A stretch of DNA of 64,000 nucleotides, taken from assembly GCF_964204865.1 (NCBI RefSeq), contig NC_135253.1, positions 5,394,001 through 5,458,000 on the forward strand, given 5' to 3'. Position 1 is the first letter of the stretch. Each line of letters opens with the position of its first letter. Below, one piece after another: positions 39,970-51,200 of the stretch. The notes beneath the pieces are model-generated. The model was not told the DNA's origin, did not search any database, and saw nothing but the letters and a program-made list of their open reading frames with translations. The DNA comes from Styela clava (taxonomy: Eukaryota). Made by a program: the position numbers and the translations under genes.

Positions 39970-41668
39970 CTACATTTATTTTTTAGTAGTTTTCGTAGGG
40001 ATAAATTCTGTTTGATGGCACCTTATTTTTCTAAGATGTCCAGCATGCTAGTATCGTTTTGGGCGATACCAAATGATTCTATATTAAAATTTTCAAAAAC
40101 TGTGGCTGTAACATCTTCATGAGCATAGTTTAATCTAAATTCAATTTCGAGCAGCTTGGACACTGGGCAATGGCACGGTTAAGCGTCCATATTCTGCATT
40201 ACTGCAATCATAGAGTCAGTTATCAAACAGTCCGGTTCGGGAGAAAATAATGACTGAATTCTTTTGCAGTCTTCGGGGTCTTAGCATCGTTTTTGCTTTC
40301 CTAGTAGAATGAACCCAGCAATGTATTGGATTATATGGACCTCATCGTCATTCAATATGATAGAACTTGAATTCAGTAAATCTGGAAAACATAGGGAACA
40401 GGTGTGTAATAGTAGGATATCGCAATATTGATTACCATGAATGTCAATCAAACACGGTCAATACTTGAAATTAAATTCGATCAAGCGCCTGTTAAGCTAG
40501 TGCGCACAATGTATGAATCAGGTAGTGCTTTATTGCCTACATTCAAAACCAATATTGCTTAGAAAACAGTTGCGTTTTATATCCTTATGTATGAATAAAA
40601 ACCCAATTAAGCAATTTTTGCCAGTTAGTCATATTGTCCGTAAATTATGGTATCTAAACATACTCAAATCCAGACAAATATTAAGCACCACACCTTTCGT
40701 TTTATCCATTTCTTTGGCTGTGAATCTATCAAATAATTACCCGACAGACTGGAGGGTATAGTAAACCTGGAATACTCTGTTCCAATGTGAGGAATAACGC
40801 TAACTGCATCACAGCTGAAAGATAACATTTGATCACTCAGGACTTTCCTTCAGCAACAATTGCAAGTATTTGACCACATTTGGTAAAATAGGGACAGTGG
40901 CTGCAATGATCTTCCCCACACTAATATCTCTGCCTAAAAATAAAAAAAATTCAAAATTATTTTGACAGATTCATCCCATGGTGTTTAAAAAAATCTGCAC
41001 TTCATGTTTATCTTGAGTTGTGGAAGTTGTATTAGTAATCATGGAATTTATGTAGGGGTCTATAATTATGTAAATCTTACCTTGTTTGTGAATATGTTGA
41101 GCCAAAGATGCCACGCTGGAAAATAATAACTTTTGACACGTCGAGCACCTTGAAATAAAACATAGGTTATTTTTTATAAATCTCAGAATAGGTTGTTTAT
41201 TAGCAAAAATATTGTCATGAAAATATCACATTTAGGTATGTAGAATAAAATCCAGAAAATATATTGATGGTAAGATAATTGAATGCATGATCTGTTGGGG
41301 TCTTGCATTAATCTCTCCTAACACTTTTTGCCCTCTGTCTGTCTGTAACTCTCTTTTCAATAGCTGTCTTACTTTTGCTCACTCAAGGCAGCAAGGTAAA
41401 CTTTTCTTCCATTGACTCATCAAGATCTATGAATACATGTCAGTTTATGATCCTCTAACATGAATGAATCTAGTACGGTACAGGCAGACAGGTAATGTCT
41501 GAATATATCATCAAATTCATAATCTGATTCAGGGATTTAAACTCGGCAGCTCTGTCTGTCATATCTCAGCACATGATAACTGCTCCCTGAATAGTCACCC
41601 GCTAATGGAAACATACTGATAGTATATATTTAACGTATAGAAATGGTAGGCTTACCTTTATTAGCCAT
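39970..41668 (-). pseudogene. Second, spliced gene of the P-like element (C2H2-like N-terminus, YIAGF/GRLTVP C-terminal motifs), disrupted
   Basis: GT-AG bounded segments 41656-41668 (ATG GCT AAT AAA G), 41383-41426, 41081-41148 (CSTCQKLLFSSVASLAQHIHK), one starting ~40933, ~40664-40713, and a long one from 40381 (DDEVHIIQYIAGFIL..YGRLTVP); in-frame stops and frameshifts. Confidence 0.55.
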
Positions 41669-44600
41669 AATAGCCACTGATTATATAATACCTTGAGTCC
41701 GATGCGACCAACAGATATGGTGAAACTGCAGCAAAACGCTGGGAACTCGAGTGGGCGTTAACGAATCAAGTTGCCGCAATGGAGCGTATCGCGTCAGACA
41801 CTCCTCATTGGTCAAGGCTTTAGTTGCGCATCATGGTATGTTAGTCGTTGATCCTAACTAAGTGATTTAAACCTGCGATCGTTAAACAGCTGATTAAAAA
41901 AAAACGATGCTCAATAATTCGGAACAAACTTTCGCAATGGCAAAACGAATGAACATTCTTCTGAAAAATTAATTACCCGCAGATGTTTAAAGTCATCCAA
42001 CTAAATCAACAACTCAATAGAACCAAAATATTAAATAAAATGATACACATTTTAGTATTAAATTATTATAAAATTCCCGATGTAAGTATCGCTACTTGCA
42101 CAGAATCTATTTTAACAAAGTGACAGAACCACAATACAAATTATACTGCAGAATCTTGCACTATTTTTGCGGTACATGTCATGATATTAAAATATGCGTA
42201 TCGCAAATTTTCAACAAGGTGTACATTGCCAAAATAATATTAAAAAAATATACTACATGCATGGAATGAAGGATAACGGCGTATATCAAGTTTACAAGAA
42301 CATCTAATAATCTGGAGTGTATAAAATATCAAATTATCTATTTTATTTGAGCTCTTGCCGCAGGTCCACGAGCATACCGTTTTTCAATAATTTTATTTGT
42401 CTCCTCTTTTGCGTGAATATTTAACCTTAAACTGAGAAAACGTTTCAAAATTTTAAAAGCGATGTTGTGGCAAGATGGTAAATTATATTTCAAGCAACCT
42501 CATCTGTCGGAAAAGTAACAGGCGAAAATATATTATAAAAAGCATTAGTATTTGCGCGAAATATAGTTTATACTTCGCGCAAAAATACGATTGCTTTTTT
42601 GGATGGGTGGCATAAATATTGGGTAAAACTATCAATTTTCAAATATTTATCGTGTGTGTAAGACCTTAAAGGGGTTGGTAACGATTGTGGGTATTCATCG
42701 GGATTGACACTTTCCATAGAAACAAACAAACAATTTGAACCCCGTGTCTTTTTAGGGTTACCCCGGAAACGAAACATCAAGGCTAATTTTTCACTGTTAG
42801 ATATCGATAAAATTACAATTAAGTTTTATCAACGAAAATGGAGAAGACATGATGGCGTCGCTAAATCACCTAGTAAATATTTCACATTTTCCGACGCAAA
42901 AGAATCGAAACATCCTGCCAATAGTAAGTTGCTAAGAGCTGCAACGCCAGTCGAGGCGGCTGGTTTTTAAATTTTGTACTTTATAATGTACATGCTTCGA
43001 TGAAATTCATTACGCCGCGCAATGTGCTAGCCATGAGATCGTTTACATTCTTTAAATTTTGGAGCAACTGTTGCAACAGTTCGTTAAATTAAGAAAAATT
43101 TTCCCGTGAAAATTCATTCCATCATCTTTTGGAATGACTAATGTAAAACGCAGACTTTAAACTTTCGGCATGGTGTGAACAGGTATCATAATACCAGTTC
43201 AAATAGTACCTGATTTAAACGTATGCATTAGGTTAATGACGTTTCACACTTGCGAAGGAAAGCGATATGTGTTCTTCATATAGAACGTTGCTACGTAATT
43301 GCGTAACGAAGTGATTAGGGAACGTTGTTGTTTAACTCAAGTTGGCGCAGTGGACATGTCAAGAATTGGAGAACATTGAATGAAATAACTTATACCGGTA
43401 CAATTTTACTGGTGCATGATAAATTCTATCTAATGTCGAAAGCTATCTTTAACCTCTGCAAATGTGTCGGTGTCATATTGGGTTAAAACAAGAACAAATC
43501 GAAGTTTTTGTTATTATTTCAAAAGCTTTTCAAAAAAATTCCACGCTTCTCAATTTTGCAGATTATGATAATCGCAACATTTTATCTCCATCTCATAGTT
43601 ATAATTTGTCTCCTGGTTGTCTTTCAAACAATATAAAACTTATCTGCATATAATTAAGGTTCGTGAGATATGAGGTTTCAAAGTTGCATAACGGGATGAT
43701 AAGATAACTATCGCAACTTTCACGAAACCGCACGATACCAGTATGATTCCACGAGGCAAATGGCAAAAGAAAAATGAAATTAACCGAATAAAATGCAAAA
43801 CAGTAAAAAATCGCGTCCGCTATGCATCATTGGACTCGGTGTCTCCACTTGGTTTATAGTCACTTTGGTTCCGCCTAAAGCGGGACGTATGGTAAGTGTA
43901 GCGTGTAGCCATTACAAAAATCCCAAGGTCAGTGTTAAAATTTCATCGAGTACAATATAATTAGATTAGATAGATATATTTAGCAATGCCGTACTGTCCA
44001 CAAAAGATCATATCTACTACAGGTGCCAGTAGTTTGATTAAGATATTTGTGCCCGTCCCGATTAAATCATAATCGTGATCATGACTGATTGTGTGCCGTG
44101 TGGCAGATTACAGCAATTTACCGAATTCGACAAATTGAGCCGCGCTTGCCACACTGACTCCGCCGTGTCTACCACTCAGATTCTTTTTAAGATATAACCG
44201 TTTGAAAAATCCCAAGTTCTTATTCTGGACAAAATACGAACGATTGAAATTTGTTTTATTGTAATAAAAATTGTTTAATCATATTTACGGTTTATTATAT
44301 ATACTTTACTCTAATTATCTTATATATCGTCACATACCGAGAAAAAATCACCAAATTTTGTGTTTTACAATGCCTATAAAAAAGCGATTTTAATCTACCA
44401 CGAGTCTGCTAAAACAAAACGTATGGTGTTATCCTTGGTTTTATGTTTTAGTTTTAATTTCTAAAATGCCGCTTTTCAATCAAGAAATTTGGGTTGCGGA
44501 TTTCCCTTTTTAATAAATATTTTTAGATAGATAGATTTATTGATTTGTCAACCAAAACAAATATAAATATGAGGGCATACATACAAATAAATAAACACTG

Positions 44601-44935
44601 TTGTTTTCTGGCAGGGACTGGAGGGAGCGATACGACCATACCTTCATCCAAGTCAACTCCCCCAACTTCACTGTTACGCATAGAATTCACAGTTATTGGA
44701 TGACTAGGTATGTAGTCAATATATAAAATCTGATGTGGACTTGCCCGAGAATCATTAGAGGGGTGACCACATAACCATCAAACTTTCCCGCTTTTGTTTT
44801 TGGCGTTCCTGGACGTTGCTCTTTGGGGTTAGACTTTTTGAGAGATTTATTAAATAGTCGATCCCAGTTAAAGACAGTTTGTTCACTCCTGCTACAATAT
44901 AACTCGTACAATTTTTTCCCTAAATAATGACTAAT

Positions 44936-46985
44936 CAGTGGTTCTCAAACTAGGGTCTGAGAGTCGCATGCGGCTCTCAACAACCTTTCCTGCGGCTCTT
45001 GTTAATGCTTTAACAATTAATTACTTTCAAAAAACATTTTTCATTGAAAACTAATCATTGACTTGAAATTAAAATGCGGGAGTCTATTAGTTAGTTAGTT
45101 AGTCGAATGGATTCCCCCGTGTTTATTTGCGTAGCGTTGACTAATCTACAAGATGCAATGGTGACGCAACAGTAAGCGTTTTCGCGGCCACCCGGACACT
45201 TTTCACTTTGAAGGATTTTAAACATGGCTGTAATCATTGGCTTGCCTTCGTGGATTTTCAGTTTTTTTCGCATTTCCGAATATTAGGTATAAATCAAATA
45301 CCTCAATGATAATTTGATTTTTTCCCAGTAATCGAAAATAGTCCCGAAATATCTGGCGATCATCTCAAGCAGCTACGATTACGACCCACTTTGACAAACT
45401 TATCAGAAATCAAAGCCAAATTAAATGGCTGTTAGCCTAGGGTAGGCAAAATCGAATATTTTTTCGAATCGAATAATTTGAATATTTTTAACGAATACCG
45501 AATAGTCGAATAATGAATATTTTTTATACATAACAGAGGTCAATACTCCATTTGGAAATTAATAGAAACATTAAAAAGTCGGCAATAAAGCGTTTATTTT
45601 ATTATAATCGCTGATTGTCTTTGTCACCGCGATCGTTTCGGCTGCGATTAACCAAATAAATTTTTTTCTGAGTTTTATCCTCTGCCTTGGATTTGATCTT
45701 CCTTATCACCGCTTGTAAATTAACCGTGCCTGTTTAAAGTGAACAGTAACATCGATCGATTGCGTGAATCCTGAATGTTGATTTAAAATAGCAATTAAAT
45801 AAATTGACAATAGAGGCATTTCTAGGCCTTTGTGTCTAATAGAGGGTCAGACGCTAATTATAACTAATTCCTTCAAGTTTTAACTTTTTTTCAACAAAAC
45901 AACACCCCGATGGTTATTATATATATAGCTAAAATACTTACTGAGTGATGCTCAATTTTCTTTACGGAATTTGCAACTTCAGCACTTCACTTAATGATTT
46001 CGATTATGTCATGCCTTAGGCATAATTATTACCGCCCAAATGCTTCAAAATTTAACATCTGTAATCATTTTCGATGATAAAAGACGCAACAATTCGTCAG
46101 TGTGCGTTGTTACAACGAAATTCACGATTGATTTTACGTTCTACTCTTGGCTCAACCGCCATGCATGGTCGAGCAAAATTTTTACCTATTCAAAACATTT
46201 CTTAGCCAATGATGGAAGGGATCACTGAAGAGCTAATAAAAAGTGCTTTAAAGGGAGTAGGACATGACATTTCTTATCTGGTTACAACCTAATGAGTGTT
46301 TTTCATACAAGTAACTCATACCAGTTTTTGGAAAAACTTTTGGTCATTTTTAAATCCATCCTATTTATATAAGAGTTTTCTAACGACCTCAAATCGCCTT
46401 TTTCACAATGAAACGCCGAAAAGTCATTTTAACATTTAATTTTAATCAACTTTATGTTCGGTAACGCAAGTAATGGCTAATGACATGTCACCAAGCATGC
46501 GGAGTTTAAAATCTGGGAAATTTATTTTGAATACCTAATATGGTTTGACGTTTCTATATTTACGGAACGGTAGGTACGTTTTTTTGCAAAATATGGAATT
46601 GAAACGATAAGTGCAAAGATATAACACCATAACCCAAAGACAACGACTTTTCAAATTTGTCTTTTTTTTTCAGATAGCGAGCGCCGTTGGGAAATCTCGC
46701 GTAATTCTTGATTGAGTTGGAGACGCGCGAGTTCAGTGTCCAAGCAGAGCGGCGCAGGTCACGTGGTACCGGATATTCGAATAGTACAATGCCATTCGAA
46801 TATTCATTATCCGAATATTTTGCCCAGTCTTGGTTGTTACTTGTGTGATTGTTACGATGACTTGGTATTTTAAATACGCTCTTAAGGTTTGTTGCTTATT
46901 TTACCTTGCGTTGTTTGTGTGCGGCTCTTCGCAACTTCGAGGTTTGAAATGCGGCTCTGTGAATAAAAAAGTTTAAGAACCACTG
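44936..46985. mobile_element. hAT/Charlie-like element containing a nested element
   Basis: TIR-like CAGTGGTTCTCAAAC / GTTTAAGAACCACTG; TGCGGCTCT subterminal repeats at both ends; no TSD match. Confidence 0.7.
45438..46831. mobile_element. Nested hAT-like element with CGAATA subterminal repeats
   Basis: Ends TAGGGTAGGCAAAA / TTTTGCCCAGTCTT; CGAATA/TATTCG arrays at both ends. Confidence 0.55.
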
Positions 46986-47799
46986 GTGGTCGCAGAATCA
47001 ACGGTGTTCTTCATCGCCAGCACTTCATACTCGTTGCTCCCCAATTGCTCTTAATATTCATTATCTCCCGGACAATCATATTTGTAATTTGCTCGTATAT
47101 CAGATAGGGTTACGCTAGAAGTGTAGTGGCAAGCATAAAGATACTATTCTCTAAATTCAAGTTGCTGCAATAGTAACACAAATGTGTTAAGTTTAGAATT
47201 CGTTATCCACGGACACCATTGCGTTTTGACATGACTGCTCTAAGTCTCGTGCTAATCGGTATGTAGCCTACTTAAGCGTAATTCACCGAATCACCGCTAT
47301 AATTATTTAAAGTCTCAATAGAAATTGACACTTCAGTGGTTGCCCGAAACCTCGGCCAAGAATGTTTCTCAGTGAGTGAAATTTGCTTTTTATGATAGAA
47401 AATTATCTCGTTTCAGTTTTTCGAATCGACAAACGAGGTAGTTTTAATATGAAATCCCCTACTTTTGTTCAATTTATTACCCAATCCACATTGCCATAAA
47501 TCGCTCCAAAATTTGGGAATGCGGGAACAAAGAAAACCCTGTTTTGTATGGCATAATATGTCATATCATGAATACCTTTGTATTTGCCCGTTTATTTCTG
47601 AATGACTTTCATGTCAGAGCCCGCAATGATTTACGACTGAAATACCTCAGATTAAATATCTGTTCAACTCAGTTTGCCATTATCTGTGGTGCATGGCAAT
47701 TGATATGACAGGATTCACTTATACTATATACTGTATGAATTATTGGAAGATGAAGCCCGAAGGCCTGCTTAATTATATAGCGGCCGTTATATCCCATTT

Positions 47800-47910
47800 G
47801 GGACCGCTTGTAGTATGCGCACCAAGATGGCGCACAACCTGAAGTCAGGTTGTGTATCAGGTTAGAGTTCAGGTTGTGCGACATCTTGGTGCGCATACTT
47901 CAGGAGTAAC
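47800..47910. mobile_element. Short family B MITE
   Basis: Arms AGTATGCGCACCAAGATGGCGCACAACCTGAA and its reverse complement; exact CCATTT on both flanks. Confidence 0.85.
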
Positions 47911-48270
47911 CCCATTTGTTTCCCACACCAGAACGATTATGGTAACAGCTTACGAGTTAATTGTTATAGATAAAAAGGTGGAAGATGGACAAAATCGTCC
48001 GGGAAGGGCATTTACGTATTCGTAATATAAGAGTACAGTAACCATGTCGCATGTAATGTTCTCTAAATTGATTTCACTTCAAACCCGCGAAGGGTAGTCA
48101 CCAGTCAGAGGGGCGATAACATCAGATTGCTTAACATAATGCTATAAATAGAACAGTAATCGACACGAATAACATCTTACGTTTATACATAGTATAAATC
48201 CTATCACGCTGCTAATGCATAAAGATAAATTCAGTGAGATGTAATTCCCTCTCTACGATTGAACAACTTA

Positions 48271-51200
48271 CTATGTAATATTATATTTTGTATAAATTGG
48301 AAGTAACGTTTCATTTTTTTCCATACAGTAAGGATCTTCGTCTTCAAATAGATAATATTTCAAAGATTTGATTGTCCTCCTTGGCGTGTAATTTGTGAAA
48401 ATAGGATACTTTGGATTCTCAAATTTGTATTTTGGATTATAAACATCATCCACGTTGACACCGTGCAGGGTGCGACACAGTTGACAAAAGAACGGTTTCC
48501 TTCGATCGTATGGCATTGCTTCATTTTCGCTTCCCATTCTCCATCTTAAAAAAAAGAATTAGATATAATGCAGATGATTTTTTTAGCAAGCGTACACATC
48601 AAAACTTATGTTATCTTAAAGATACGATGAACGTAAATAGCTGAGAATAGATTACGTTCACATTTATTATTTTTTTTCTCATAAATTTATAATATTTTTT
48701 GAAATAACGAGGGAGTGCCTAAAAGGTACAGAATAATACACCAATATGGTGTCAGTTGTGTGTTAGTTTATCACGGATAACATTTTAGTTTATATGTGTA
48801 CTGTTTCATTCTTATAGGATAATGACGTTTGTTTTTGATGAGGGTATTTATTCATAACATAAACAATTTCAAGCATCACGTAACAAGGCTTTATTATTAA
48901 TAAAATATTTCACAGCAATATACCAATGCCACACGGAAATCTTTTAAAGAAATGCTTTTTTCAACAGAAGTATCAATCCATTTTTTCCACTTCAAAAAAT
49001 ATAGATTTATTAGGAAACTTGTGATAAATAATATAAAAAAAAGCCATTCTCATTTTCGCAAAGTTTATAAGAATGCTAGTTGAAAATTACCTGAAATATG
49101 CCAAATACTCTTCGTCGTTTTTCTCAAGGTGTTGCAAATATTCAATAAGATGTTCCACGGATTTGAAATCTTCCAAAAATATAAAGGATCCTGGGGGCGA
49201 AATAGCTTCATAATGTTCCTTTTTAGATCCCATAACCACAGGCACAGCTCCTGCGTAAAGTGCATTTCGAAAAAACTTCTCGGTAATGTAGTCCGTACAG
49301 TGGTAAGAATTTTCAAAGGCAAAATAAAATTTATAATTGCGGACTTTCTCCACAAGTTGTTTGTCTCCCAACGGGAATTTTCCTCCTTCGGGGAAGCATT
49401 TCCCAAATCCATCCATCGGATATCCAGTACTTTTGATCTTCAGCAGCATCTTGTATCGCAATCTTGCCCCAGCAGTCCAATCACAATCTGATAATATTGC
49501 AATACTTGATTTATTCTTCATTTTCAAAATATCCTGGGCACTTATCCGGCTTCTAATTGCTGCTCTTATCCAATGATATCGATAAGAGTTGTAAAAATCC
49601 GAGTCTCTTCTAAAAAATAAAGATGTCGTTATGTGAAAATACGAAAAGGCAGAATTCTTTAGAGTTAGAGTCCACGGTTCCGGGATTATACCTTTCATAC
49701 TTACTGGTAATTTAACTCGTTCAAACTTTGTATTCCTGTTTCCCACTGTTAATCAATTAAGAAACACCCTCATTGTTTGAATATACATGCAATCGCTTGT
49801 GTGTGTCTGAATTGTGTATGACTGACTAAACTTTACAGAAGTATGTTGTGTTAGTGTCGAGCAAGACTCATTTGAACTTGGCACATGTCATTATTTTACT
49901 ACTACTGTGACTTGATTCTAAATTGAAGTGAAAATGGACATCTCAAATACTTAATCATTCGGATACAGACATTGCATGCAAAAATGATACATCAGCTGAC
50001 CAAATTTCACAGTGCTGAGCGAGACTCTGCATTAGTTCAACCCTGAAATCCAGTATTGAAAATAATTCATAAGCATGCGACTTTTGGTACAATATTTAGA
50101 AATAATTGTAAAGAAATAATAATATTAACGGAGACTGTATCGTGTAATTTGACGTAAAACGAAATAATGCCCAAAATATGAAAACGGTTTCATTAATTTG
50201 GATGAAGTATTCGAATGAATATAATTTTATTTTTATTTTAGCGAGTTTTCAGTAATCCAGATCAGCGAGAAAATCATTCATTCAATATACAGGGTGTATC
50301 GAAAGTAAGTATACACTTTTAATTTTGAATTGTTCTCTGGGTACTTATCATACATCGTTTATTTCGTCAGAAAATATAGTATGGTTAAGTAGTGAAATAT
50401 AGGTAGGTATTGTATGCATTTTTTATCAACCCACTGAATGACAAGAAGATTTAACCAAAAATGAGGTGCAAAATTGCTGTTTGGCGAGAAGCTTATGAAT
50501 CAGTAGGGCAGATTCGCGCCTCTTTAACAGAGAATTTGTAATTTATTCGGCTCTGAATGTTTTCCGTATGGCGTCCGCCCCTTGGTCTTCATGATTTTTG
50601 TGCATCAACTACAGATCCAGTTTTCATAAATTGACGATGCATTGCATAAATTGTTCGTCTTATAGGAGCCAAATTAATTCTACATTCTCTGTTAAAGAGG
50701 CGCTGAGTTTGCCTCACTGATTTATATGCCTCTTGCCAAACAGCAATTTTGCACCTCATTCTTTGTTTTAATCTCCTTGTCTTTCTATGGGTTGATGAAA
50801 AGTGCAAACAATACCTAAATTTTACTACTTATCCATACTATGTTTCCTGAAGAAATGAACGTTCTAAGAGGAGTACCGTGAAAGCAAATCAAAACTAAAA
50901 GTGTATACTTACTTCTGAGACACCCTGTAAAAATAAAATTTAATTTGGAACAAATTTAAAATGTAGAATTACGTAAATCGAAAGTTTTCATATGATAACA
51001 GTGGATCGACAGCACCGTCCAGTTATATTCCTACAATCTTTCCACAACTACTACACAATGGAAATGAGCTATTCCATAATACCGCAGTAAAAAATAAAAT
51101 AATATCGTCAAGCTAATAACCGAATTGCGTAAGTCATTTTTGGTGGTTTTGAGTTTTTCATAAAATAGATATTTATGTAATGCTGCGCACCTGTCTGTTA

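Larger units (their letters stand above)
38158..43867 (+). mobile_element. P-element-superfamily DNA transposon, 5.7 kb, defective
   Basis: Perfect 22-bp TIR CAAAGTGACTATAAACCAAGTG with CA..TG termini; exact 8-bp TSD GTTCCGCC at 38150-38157 and 43868-43875; internal P/THAP9-like transposase motifs. Confidence 0.92.
37929..43900 (-). mobile_element. hAT MITE family A copy split by the P-like element (parts ~37929-38157 and 43868-43900)
   Basis: 37929-38157 is the reverse complement of ~45-238 and 43868-43900 of ~11-45; the halves join once the insert and one TSD copy are removed. Confidence 0.85.

Noticed and set aside
42568-42970. ORFs of 70 and 88 aa inside the P-like element
   Set aside because: No motifs; length is compatible with chance.
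44520-44911. Possible LINE 3' end on the minus strand
   Set aside because: Only a faint resemblance (PKTKAGK, microsatellite tail); too weak to call.
49610-49746. N-terminal part of the 219-aa ORF as the FUT start
   Set aside because: A splice acceptor at 49610 joins in phase to the upstream TYR exon, so this stretch is intronic.
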